The notes under the pieces were generated by a model that was not told where the DNA came from, ran no database searches, and saw only the letters and a program-made list of their open reading frames with translations. From NCBI RefSeq assembly GCF_030028105.1, contig NC_092395.1, forward strand, positions 1,512,057 through 1,576,056: DNA of 64,000 nt, in the 5' to 3' direction. Every line of letters begins with the position of its first letter. Position 1 is the first letter of the stretch. Positions 35,335-47,850 of this stretch are shown piece after piece. This DNA is from Mobula birostris (lineage: Eukaryota). Position numbers and translations under genes: made by a program.

Positions 35335-38300
35335 GAGGAATGGAAGGTCGGGGTGAGGAAAGGGCCAGGATGGAATAAGGGGGAATGAGGGATGAGTGAA
35401 ATCAGGGAGGCCGGGCAAGGTTGGGATGAGATGAGGAGGATGAGGGAGATCAGGGAGGTGGGCATGGCCGTGTTGGGATGAGATGAGGAGGATGAGGGAT
35501 GAGGGAGATCGGGGAGGCTGAAGCCGGGCAGGGTTGGGATGAGATGAGGAGGATGAGGGATGAGGGAGATCGGGGAGGCTCGGGCCGGGATGGAATGAGA
35601 TGGGGAGGATGAGGGATGCGGGAGATCGGGGAGGCTGAAGCCGGGCAGGGTTGGGATGAGATGAGGAGCATGAGGTATGAGGGAGATCGGGGAGGCTCAA
35701 GCCGGGCCGGGTTGGGATGAGATGAGGAGGATGAGGGATGAGGGAGATCGGGGAGGTGGGCCGGGTTGGGATGGGATGAGGAGGATGAGGGATGAGGGAG
35801 ATCAGGGAGGCTGAAGCCGGGCAGGGTTGGGATGAGATGGGGAGGATGAGGGATGAAGGAGATCGGGGAGGTGGGCCGGGCCGGGTTGGTATGAGATGAG
35901 GAGGATGAGGGATGAGGGAGATCGGGGAGGCGGGCCGGGTTGGGATGAGATGAGGAGGATGAGGGATGAGGGAGATCGGGGAGGTGGGCCGGGCCGGGTT
36001 GGGATGAGATGAGGAGGATGAGGGATGAGGGATGAGGGAGATCGGGGAGGTGGGCCAGGCCGGGTTGGTATGAGATGAGGAGGATGAGGAAGATGAGGGA
36101 TGAGGGAGATTCAGGAGGCTCAAGCCGGGCCGGGTTGGTATGAGATGAGGAGGATGAGGGATGAGGGAGATCGGGGAGGCGGGCCGGGTTGGGATGAGAT
36201 GAGGAGGATGAGGGATGAGGGAGATCGGGGAGGTGGGCCAGGCCGGGTTGGTATGAGATGAGGAGGATGATGAGGATGAGGGATGAGGGAGATCGGGGAG
36301 GCTCAAGCCGGGCCGGGTTGGTATGAGATGAGGAGGATGAGGGATGAGGGAGATCGGGGAGGCGGGCCGGGTTGGGATGAGATGAGGAGGATGAGGGATG
36401 AGGGATGAGGGAGATCGGGGAGGTGGGCCGGGCCGGGTTGGTATGAGATGAGGAGGATGAAGGATGAGGGAGATCGGGGAGGTGGGCCGGGTTGGTATGA
36501 GATGAAGAGGATGAGGGATGAGGGAGATCGGGGAGGCGGGCCGGGCCGGGTTGGTATGAGATGAGGAGGATGAGGGATGAGGGAGATCGGGGAGGCTGAA
36601 GCCGGGCAGGGTTGGGATGAGATGAGGAGCATGAGGTATGAGGGAGATCGGGGAGGCTCAAGCCGGGCCGGGTTGGGATGAGATGAGGAGGATGAGGGAT
36701 GAGGGAGATCGGGGAGGTGGGCCGGGTTGGGATGGGATGAGGAGGATGAGGGATGAGGGAGATCAGGGAGGCTGAAGCCGGGCAGGGTTGGGATGAGATG
36801 GGGAGGATGAGGGATGAAGGAGATCGGGGAGGTGGGCCGGGCCGGGTTGGTATGAGATGAGGAGGATGAGGGATGAGGGAGATCGGGGAGGCGGGCCGGG
36901 TTGGGATGAGATGAGGAGGATGAGGGATGAGGGAGATCGGGGAGGTGGGCCGGGCCGGGTTGGGATGAGATGAGGAGGATGAGGGATGAGGGATGAGGGA
37001 GATCGGGGAGGTGGGCCAGGCCGGGTTGGTATGAGATGAGGAGGATGAGGAAGATGAGGGATGAGGGAGATTCAGGAGGCTCAAGCCGGGCCGGGTTGGT
37101 ATGAGATGAGGAGGATGAGGGATGAGGGAGATCGGGGAGGCGGGCCGGGTTGGGATGAGATGAGGAGGATGAGGGATGAGGGAGATCGGGGAGGTGGGCC
37201 AGGCCGGGTTGGTATGAGATGAGGAGGATGATGAGGATGAGGGATGAGGGAGATCGGGGAGGCTCAAGCCGGGCCGGGTTGGTATGAGATGAGGAGGATG
37301 AGGGATGAGGGAGATCGGGGAGGCGGGCCGGGTTGGGATGAGATGAGGAGGATGAGGGATGAGGGATGAGGGAGATCGGGGAGGTGGGCCGGGCCGGGTT
37401 GGTATGAGATGAGGAGGATGAAGGATGAGGGAGATCGGGGAGGTGGGCCGGGTTGGTATGAGATGAAGAGGATGAGGGATGAGGGAGATCGGGGAGGCGG
37501 GCCGGGCCGGGTTGGTATGAGATGAGGAGGATGAGGGATGAGGGAGATCGGGGAGGCTCAAGCCGGGCAGAGTTGGTATGAGATGAGGAGGATGAGGGAT
37601 GAGGGAGATCGGGGAGGTGGGCCGGGTTGGGTTGGTATGAGATGGGGAGGATGAGGGATGAGGGAGATCGGGGAGGCTCAAGCCGGGCCGGGTTGGTATG
37701 AGATGAGGAGGATGAGGGATGAGGGAGATCGGGGAGGCAGGCCGGGTTGGGATGAGATGAGGAGGATGAGGGATGAGGGATGAGGGAGATCGGGGAGGTG
37801 GGCCGGGTTGGGATGGTATGAGATGAGGAGGATGAGGGATGAGGGATGAGGGAGATCGGGGAGGTGGGCCGGGTTGGGATGGTATGAGATGAGGAGGATG
37901 AGGGATGAGGGATGAGGGAGATCAGGGAGGTGGGCCGGGTTGGGATGGTATGAGATGAGGAGGATGAGGGATGAGGGAGATCGGGGAGGTGGGCCGGGTT
38001 GGGTTGGTATGAGATGAGGAGGATGAGGGATGAGGGAGATCGGGGAGGCGGGCCGGGTTGGTATGAGATGAGGAGGATGAGGGATGAGGGAGATCGGGGA
38101 GGCGGGCCGGGTTGGTATGAGATGAGGAGGATGAGGGATGAGGGAGATCGGGGAGGCGGGCCGGGTTGGTATGAGATGAGGAGGATGAGGGATGAGGGAT
38201 GAGGGATGAGGGATGAGGGAGATCGGGGAGGTGGGCCGGGTTGGGATGGTATGAGATGAGGAGGATGAGGGATGAGGGATGAGGGAGATCGGGGAGGTGG

Positions 38301-41300
38301 GCCGGGTTGGGATAGTATGAGATGAGGAGGATGAGGGATGAGGGATGAGGGAGATCGGGGAGGTGGGCCGGGTTGGGATGGTATGAGATGAGGAGGATGA
38401 GGGATGAGGGAGATCGGGGAGGTGGGCCGGGTTGGGTTGGTATGAGATGAGGAGGATGAGGGATGAGGGAGATCGGGGAGGCGGGCCGGGTTGGTATGAG
38501 ATGAGGAGGATGAGGGATGAGGGAGATCGGGGAGGCGGGCCGGGTTGGTATGAGATGAGGAGGATGAGGGATGAGGGAGATCGGGGAGGCGGGCCGGGCC
38601 GGGTTGGTATGAGATGAGGAGGATGAGGGATGAGGGAGATCGGGGAGGCTCAAGCCGGGCCGAGTTGGTATGAGATGAGGAGGATGAGGGATGAGGGATG
38701 AGGGAGATCGGGGAGGTGGGCCGGGTTGGGATGGTATGAGATGAGGAGGATGAGGGATGAGGGAGATCGGGGAGGTGGGCCGGGTTGGGTTGGTATGAGA
38801 TGAGGAGGATGGGGGATGAGGGAGATCGGGGAGGCGGGCCGGGTTGGTATGAGATGAGGAGGATGAGGGATGAGGGAGATCGGGGAGGCGGGCCGGGCCG
38901 AGTTGGTATGAGATGAGGAGGATGAGGGATGAGGGATGAGGGAGATCGGGGAGGTGGGCCGGGTTGGGATGGTATGAGATGAGGAGGATGAGGGATGAGG
39001 GATGAGGGAGATCGGGGAGGTGGGCCGGGTTGGGATGGTATGAGATGAGGAGGATGAGGGATGAGGGATGAGGGAGATCGGGGAGGTGGGCCGGGTTGGG
39101 ATGGTATGAGATGAGGAGGATGAGGGAGATCGGGGAGGCTCAAGCCGGGCCGGGTTGGTATGAGATGGGGAGGATGAGGGATGAGGGATGAGGGATGAGG
39201 GAGATCGGGGAGGTGGGCCGGGTTGGGTTGGTATGAGATGAGGAGCATGAGGGATGAGGGAGATCGGGGAGGCTCAAGCCGGGCCGGGTTGGTATGAGAT
39301 GAGGAGGATGAGGGATGAGGGATGAGGGATGAGGGAGATCGGGGAGGTGGGCCGGGCCGGGTTGGTATGAGATGAGGAGGATGAGGGATGAGGGAGATCG
39401 GGGAGGCTCAAGCCGGGCCGAGTTGGTATGAGATGAGGAGGATGAGGGATGAGGGATGAGGGAGATCGGGGAGGTGGGCCGGGTTGGGATGGTATGAGAT
39501 GAGGAGGATGAGGGATGAGGGAGATCGGGGAGGCTCAAGCCGGGCCGGGTTGGTATGAGATGGGGAGGATGAGGGATGAGGGAGATCGGGGAGGCTCAAG
39601 CCGGGCCGGGTTGGTATGAGATGAGGAGGATGAGGGATGAGGGAGATCGGGGAGGTGGGCCGGGTTGGGTTGGTATGAGATGAGGAGGATGAGGGATGAG
39701 GGAGATCGGGGAGGTGGGCCGGGTTGGGTTGGTATGAGATGGGGAGGATGAGGGATGAGGGAGATCGGGGAGGTGGGCCGGGTTGGGTTGGTATGAGATG
39801 AGGAGGATGAGGGATGAGGGATGAGGGATGAGGGAGATCGGGGAGGTGGGCCGGGCCGGGTTGGTATGAGATGAGGAGGATGAGGGATGAGGGAGATCGG
39901 GGAGGCTCAAGCCGGGCCGAGTTGGTATGAGATGAGGAGGATGAGGGATGAGGGAGATCGGGGAGGCGGGCCAGGCCGGGTTGGTATGAGATGAGGAGGA
40001 TGAGGGATGAGGGAGATCGGGGAGGCGGGCCGGGTTGGTATGAGATGAGGAGGATGAGGGATGAGGGATGAGGGAGATCGGGGAGGTGGGCCGGGTTGGG
40101 ATGGTATGAGATGAGGAGGATGAGGGATGAGGGATGAGGGAGATCGGGGAGGTGGGCCAGGTTGGGATGGTATGAGATGAGGAGGATGAGGGATGAGGGA
40201 TGAGGGAGATCGGGGAGGTGGGCTGGGTTGGGATGGTATGAGATGAGGAGGATGAGGGATGAGGGATGAGGGAGATCGGGGAGGTGGGCCGGGTTGGGAT
40301 GGTATGAGATGAGGAGGATGAGGGATGAGGGATGAGGGAGATCGGGGAGGTGGGCCGGGTTGGGATGGTATGAGATGAGGAGGATGAGGGATGAGGGAGA
40401 TCGGGGAGGCTCAAGCCGGGCCGGGTTGGTATGAGATGAGGAGGATGAGGGATGAGGGATGAGGGATGAGGGAGATCGGGGAGGCTCAAGCCGGGCCGGG
40501 TTGGGATGAGATGAGGAGGATGAGGGATGAGGGAGATCGGGGAGGCTCAAGCCGGGCGGGGTTGGTATGAGATGGGGAGGATGAGGGATGAGGGAGATCG
40601 GGGAGGCGGGCCGGGCCGAGTTGGTATGAGATGAGGAGGATGAGGGATGAGGGATGAGGGAGATCGGGGAGGCGGGCCGGGCCGATTTGGTATGAGATGA
40701 GGAGGATGAGGGATGAGGGAGATCGGGGAGGCTCAAGCCGGGCCGGGCTGGTATGAGATGGGGAGGATGAGGGATGAGGGAGATCGGGGAGGCGGGCCGG
40801 GCCGGGCCGGGTTGGTATGAGATGAGGAGGATGAGGGATGAGGGAGATCGGGGAGGTGGGCCGGGTTGGGTAGGTATGAGATGAGGAGGATGAGGGATGA
40901 GGGAGATCGGGGAGGCTCAAGCCGGGCCGAGTTGGTATGAGATGAGGAGGATGAGGGATGAGGGATGAGGGAGATCGGGGAGGCTCAAGCCGGGCCGGGC
41001 CGAGTTGGTATGAGATGAGGAGGATGAGGGATGAGGGATGAGGGATGAGGGAGATCGGGGAGGTGGGCCGGGTTGGGTTGGTATGAGATGAGGAGGATGA
41101 GGGATGAGGGAGATCGGGGAGGTGGGCCGGGTTGGGTTGGTATGAGATGAGGAGGATGAGGGATGAGGGAGATCGGGGAGGTGGGCCGGGTTGGTATGAG
41201 ATGAGGAGGATGAGGGATGAGGGAGATCGGGGAGGTGGGCCGGGTTGGGTTGGTATGAGATGAGGAGGATGAGGGATGAGTGAGATCGGAGAGGTGGGCC

Positions 41301-44300
41301 GGGTTGGTATGAGATGAGGAGGATGAGGGATGAGGGAGATCGAGGAGGTGGGCCGGGTTGGGTTGGTATGAGATGAGGAGGATGAGGGATGAGGGAGATC
41401 GGGGAGGCTCAAGCCGGGCCGGGTTCGTATGAGATGAGGAGGATGAGGGATGAGGGATGAGGGAGATCAGGGAGGCGGGCCGGGCCGGGTTGGGATGAGA
41501 TGAGGAGGATGAGGGATGAGGGATGAGGGAGATCGGGGAGGCGGGCCGGGTTGGGTTGGTATGAGATGGGGAGGATGAGGGATGAGGGAGATCGGGGAGG
41601 TGGGCCGGGTTGGGTTGGTATGAGATGAGGATGATGAGGGATGAGGGATGAGGGAGATCGGGGAGGTGGGCCGGGCCGGGTTGGTATGAGATGGGGAGGA
41701 TGAGGGATGAGGGATGAGGGAGATCGGGGAGGCTCAAGCCGGGCCGGGTTGGTATGAGATGGGGAGGATGAGGGATGAGGGAGATCGGGGAGGCGGGCCG
41801 GGCCGAGTTGGTATGAGATGAGGAGGATGAGGGATGAGGGATGAGGGATGAGGGAGATCGGGGAGGCTCAAGCTGGGCCGGGTTGGTATGAGATGAGGAG
41901 GATGAGGGATGAGGGAGATCGGGGAGGCTCAAGCCGGGCCGGGTTGGTATGAGATGAGGAGGATGAGGGATGAGGGAGATCGGGGAGGTGGGCCGGGTTG
42001 GGATGGTATGAGATGGGGAGGATGAGGGATGAGGGAGATCGGGGAGGTGGGCCGGGTTGGGATGGTATGAGATGGGGAGGATGAGGGATGAGGGAGATCG
42101 GGGAGGCGGGCCGGGTTGGGTTGGTATGAGATGGGGAGGATGAGGGATGAGGGAGATCGGGGAGGTGGGCCGGGTTGGGATGGTATGAGATGAGGAGGAT
42201 GAGGGATGAGGGATGAGGGAGATCGGGGAGGCGGGCCGGGTTGGGTTGGTATGAGATGGGGAGGATGAGGGATGAGGGAGATCGGGGAGGTGGGCCGTGT
42301 TGGGATGGTATGAGATGGGGAGGATGAGGGATGAGGGAGATCGGGGAGGCGGGCCGGGCCGAGTTGGTATGAGATGAGGAGGATGAGGGATGAGGGAGAT
42401 CGGGGAGGCGGGCCGGGTTGGTATGAGATGAGGAGGATGAGGGATGAGGGAGATCGGGGAGGCGGGCCGGGCCGAGTTGGTATGAGATGAGGAGGATGAG
42501 GGATGAGGGAGATCGGGGAGGCTCAAGCCGGGCCGAGTTGGTATGAGATGAGGAGGATGAGGGATGAGGGAGATCGGGGAGGCGGGCCGGGTTGATATGA
42601 GATGGGGAGGATGAGGGATGAGGGAGATCGGGGAGGCGGGCCGGGTTGGTATGAGATGAGGAGGATGAGGGATGAGGGAGATCGGGGAGGCGGGCCGGGT
42701 TGGTATGAGATGAGGAGGATGAGCGATGAGGGATGAGGGATGAGGGAGATCGGGGAGGTGGGCCGGGCCGGGTTGGTATGAGATGAGGAGGATGAGGGAT
42801 GAGGGACATCGGGGAGGCGGGCCGGGTTGGGATGAGATGAGGAGGATGAGGGATGAGGGAGATCGGGGAGGTGGGCAGGGTTGGGATGGTATGAGATGAG
42901 GAGGATGAGGGATGAGGGAGATCGGGGAGGCGGGCCGGGCCGAGTTGGTATGAGATGAGGAGGATGAGGGATGAGGGAGATCGGGGAGGCGGACCGGGTT
43001 GGGATGAGATGAGGAGGATGAGGGATGAGGGATGAGGGATGAGGGAGATCGGGGAGGCGGGCCGGGTTGGGATGAGATGAGGAGGATGACGGATGAGGGA
43101 TGAGGGATGAGGGGGATCGGGGAGGCGGGCCGGGTTGGTATGAGATGAGGAGGATGAGGGATGAGGGATGAGGGAGATCGGGGAGGTGGGCCGGGTTGGG
43201 TTGGTATGAGATGAGGAGGATGAGGGATGAGGGATGAGGGAGATCGGGGAGGTGGGCCGGGCCGGGTTGGGTTGGGATGAGATGAGGAGGATGAGGGATG
43301 AGGGAGATCGGGGAGGCTCAAGCCGTGCCGGGTTGGTATGAGATGGGGAGGATGAGGGATGAGGGAGATCGGGGAGGTGGGCCGGGTTGGGTTGGTATGA
43401 GATGAGGACGATGAGGGATGAGGGATGAGGGATGAGGGAGATCGGGGAGGTGGGCCGGGCCGGGTTGGGTTGGGATGAGATGAGGAGGATGAGGGATGAG
43501 GGAGATCGGGGAGGCTCAAGCCGGGCCGGGTTGGTATGAGATGGGGAGGATGAGGGATGAGGGATGAGGGATGAGGGAGATCGGGGAGGTGGGCCGGGCC
43601 GGGTTGGGTTGGGATGAGATGAGGAGGATGAGGGATGAGGGAGATCGGGGAGGCTCAAGCCGGGCCGAGTTGGTATGAGATGGGGAGGATGAGGGATGAG
43701 GGATGAGGGATGAGGGAGATCGGGGAGGCGGGCCGGGCCAGGCCGGGTTGGTATGAGATGGGGAGGATGAGGGATGAGGGAGATCGGGGAGGCGGGCCGG
43801 GCCGGGTTGGGATGAGATGAGGAGGATGAGGGATGAGGGATGAGGGAGATCGGGGAGGCTCAAGCCGGGCCGAGTTGGTATGAGATGAGGAGGATGAGGG
43901 ATGAGGGAGATCGGGGAGGCGGGCCGGGTTGGTATGAGATGAGGAGGATGAGGGATGAGGGAGATCGGGGAGGCGGGCCGGGTTGGGATGAGATGAGGAG
44001 GATGAGGGATGAGGGATGAGGGATGAGGGAGATCGGGGAGGCGGGCCGGGTTGGTATGAGATGAGGAGGATGAGGGATGAGGGATGAGGGATGAGGGAGA
44101 TCGGGGAGGTGGGCCGGGTTGGTATGAGATGAGGAGGATGAGGGATGAGGGATGAGGGATGAGGGAGATCGGGGAGGCGGGCCGGGTTGGTATGAGATGA
44201 GGAGGATGAGGGATGAGGGATGAGGGAGATCGGGGAGGTGGGCCGGGTTGGGTTGGTATGAGATGAGGAGGATGAGGGATGAGGGAGATCGGGGAGGTGG

Positions 44301-47300
44301 GCCGGGTTGGGATGGTATGAGATGAGGAGGATGAGGGATGAGAGATGAGGGAGATCGGGGAGGTGGGCCGGGTTGGGATGGTATGAGATGAGGAGGATGA
44401 GGGATGAGGGATGAGGGAGATCGGGGAGGTGGGCCGGGTTGGGATGGTATGAGATGAGGAGGATGAGGAGGATGAGGGATGAGGGAGATCGGGGAGGCTC
44501 AAGCCGGGCCGGGTTGGTATGAGATGGGGAGGATGAGGGATGAGGGAGATCGGGGAGGCCGGCCGGGTTGGTATGAGATGAGGAGGATGAGGGATGAGGG
44601 ATGAGGGATGAGGGAGATCGGGGAGGCGGGCCGGGTTGGTATGAGATGAGGAGGATGAGGGATGAGGGATGAGGGATGAGGGAGATCGGGGAGGTGGGCC
44701 GGGTTGGGTTGGTATGAGATGAGGAGGATGAGGGATGAGGGAGATCGGGGAGGCTCAAGCCGGGCCGGGTTGGGATGAGATGAGGAGGATGAGGGATGAG
44801 GGAGATCGGGGAGGTGGGCCGGGCCGGGTTGGTATGAGATGAGGAGGATGAGGGATGAGGGAGATCGGGGAGGCGGGCCGGGTTGGGATGAGATGAGGAG
44901 GATGAGGGATGAGGGAGATCGGGGAGGCTCAAGCCGGGCCGGGTTGGTATGAGATGGGGAGGATGAGGGATGAGGGAGATCGGGGAGGCGGGCCGGGCCG
45001 GGTTGGTATGAGATGAGGAGGATGAGGGATGAGGGAGATCGGGGAGGCTCAAGCCGGGCCGGGTTGGGATGAGATGAGGAGGATGAGGGATGAGGGAGAT
45101 CGGGGAGGTGGGCTGGGCCGGGTTGGTATGAGATGAGGAGGATGAGGGATGAGGGAGATCGGGGATGCGGGCCGGGCCGGGTTGGTATGAGATGAGGAGG
45201 ATGAGGGATGAGGGATGAGGGAGATCGGGGAGGCGGGCCGGGCCGGGTTGGTATGAGATGAGGAGGATGAGGGATGAGGGAGATCGGGGAGGCGGGCCGG
45301 GCCGGGTTGGTATGAGATGAGGAGGATGAGGGATGAGGGATGAGGGAGATCGGGGAGGCGGGCCGGGCCGGGTTGGTATGAGATGAGGAGGATGAGGGAT
45401 GGGGAGGATGAGGGAGATCGGGGAGGTGGGCCGGGTTGGGATGGTATGAGATGAGGAGGATGAGGAGGATGAGGGATGAGGGAGATCGGGGAGGCTCAAG
45501 CCGGGCCGGGTTGGTATGAGATGGGGAGGATGAGGGATGAGGGAGATCGGGGAGGCTCAAGCCGGGCCGGGTTGGTATGAGATGGGGAGGATGAGGGATG
45601 AGGGAGATCGGGGAGGCTCAAGCCGGGCCGGGTTGGTATGAGATGGGGAGGATGAGGGATGAGGGAGATCGGGGAGGCTCAAGCCGGGCCGGGTTGGTAT
45701 GAGATGGGGAGGATGAGGGATGAGGGATGAGGGAGATCGGGGAGGCTCAAGCCGGGCCGGGTTGGTATGAGATGGGGAGGATGAGGGATGAGGGATGAGG
45801 GAGATCGGGGAGGTGGGCCAGGCCGGGTTGGTATGAGATGGGGAGGATGAGGGATGAGGGATGAGGGAGATCGGGGAGGCTCAGGCCGGGCCGGGTTGGG
45901 ATGAGATGAGGAGGATGAGGGATGAGGGAGATCGGGGAGGTGGGCCGGGTTGGGTTGGTATGAGATGAGGAGGATGAGGGATGAGGGATGAGGGAGATCG
46001 GGGAGGTGGGCCGGGTTGGGTTGGTATGAGATGGGGAGGATGAGGGATGAGGGATGAGGGAGATCGGGGAGGCTCAAGCCGGGCCGGGTTGGTATGAGAT
46101 GGGGAGGATGAGGGATGAGGGAGATCGGGGAGGCTCAAGCCGGGCCGGGTTGGTATGAGATGGGGAGGATGAGGGATGAGGGAGATCGGGGAGGCTCAAG
46201 CCGGGTTGGGTTGGTATGAGATGGGGAGGATGAGGGATGAGGGATGAGGGAGATCGGGGAGGCTCAAGCCGGGCCGGGTTGGTATGAGATGGGGAGGATG
46301 AGGGATGAGGGAGATCGGGGAGGCTCAAGCCGGGCCGGGTTGGTATGAGATGAGGAGGATGAGGGATCAGGGATGAGGGAGATCGGGGAGGTGGGCCGGG
46401 TTGGGATGGTATGAGATGAGGAGGATGAGGAGGATGAGGGATGAGGGAGATCGGGGAGGCTCAAGCCGGGCCGGGTTGGTATGAGATGGGGAGGATGAGG
46501 GATGAGGGATGAGGGAGATCGGGGAGGTGGGCCGGGTTGGGTTGGTATGAGATGAGGAGGATGAGGAGGATGAGGGAGATCGGGGAGGCGGGCCGGGCCG
46601 GGTTGGTATGAGATGGGGAGGATGAGGGATGAGGGATGAGGGAGATCGGGGAGGCTCAAGCCGGGTTGGGTTGGTATGAGATGGGGAGGATGAGGGATGA
46701 GGGATGAGGGAGATCGGGGAGGTGGGCCGGGTTGGGTTGGTATGAGATGGGGAGGATGAGGGATGAGGGAGATCGGGGAGGTGGGCCGGGCCGGGTTGGT
46801 ATGAGATGGGGAGGATGAGGGATGAGGGAGATCGGGGAGGCTCAAGCCGGGCCGGGTTGGGATGAGATGAGGAGGATGAGGGATCAGGGATGAGGGAGAT
46901 CGGGGAGGTGGGCCGGGTTGGGATGAGATGAGGAGGATGAGGAGGATGAGGGATGAGGGAGATCGGGGAGGCAGGCCGGGTTGGGATGAGATGAGGAGGA
47001 TGAGGAGGATGAGGGATGAGGGATGAGGGAGATCGGGGAGGTGGGCCGGGTTGGGTTGGTATGAGATGGGGAGGATGAGGGATGAGGGAGATCGGGGAGG
47101 CGGGCCGGGCCGGGTTGGTATGAGATGGGGAGGATGAGGGATGAGGGAGATCGGGGAGGCTCAAGCCGGGCCGGGTTGGTATGAGATGAGGAGGATGAGG
47201 GATGAGGGATGAGGGAGATCGGGGAGGCGGGCCGGGTTGGGTTGGTATGAGATGAGGAGGATGAGGGATGGGGAGGATGAGGGAGATCGGGGAGGTGGGC

Positions 47301-47850
47301 CGGGTTGGGATGGTATGAGATGAGGAGGATGAGGGATCAGGGATGAGGGAGATCGGGGAGGCGGGCCGGGTTGGGTTGGGATGAGATGAGGAGGATGAGG
47401 GATGGGGAGGATGAGGGAGATCGGGGAGGTGGGCCGGGTTGGGATGGTATGAGATGAGGAGGATGAGGGATGAGGGATGAGGGAGATCGGGGAGGTGGGC
47501 CGGGTTGGGATGGTATGAGATGAGGAGGATGAGGGATCAGGGATGAGGGAGATCGGGGAGGCGGGCCGGGTTGGGTTGGTATGAGATGAGGAGGATGAGG
47601 GATGGGGAGGATGAGGGAGATCGGGGAGGTGGGCCGGGTTGGGATGGTATGAGATGAGGAGGATGGGGAGGATGAGGGATGAGGGAGATCGGGGAGGCTC
47701 AAGCCGGGTTGGGTTGGTATGAGATGAGGAGGATGAGGGATGAGGGATGAGGGAGATCGAGGAGGCGGGCCGGGCCGGGTTGGTATGAGATGAGGAGGAT
47801 GAGGAGGATGAGGGAGATCGGGGAGGCGGGCCGGGCCGGGCCGGGCCGAG
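35335..47850. repeat. ~12.5-kb G-rich modular minisatellite (about 200 units, mostly 54-75 bp) filling ARMC6 intron 1
   Basis: Near-invariant anchor GAGGGAGATCGGGGAGG plus variable slots: CTCAAGCC/TGGGCC/CGGGCC; pentamers GGGCC/GGGTT/GAGTT/GGGAT; GGTATGAGAT; GAGGAGGAT; (GAGGGAT)0-4. Confidence 0.97.

Noticed and set aside
35335-47850. CRISPR-like or immunoglobulin switch-region interpretation of the array
   Set aside because: There are no unique spacers and no cas genes, and the context is eukaryotic. AGCT motifs typical of switch regions are essentially absent and no Ig exons are nearby.
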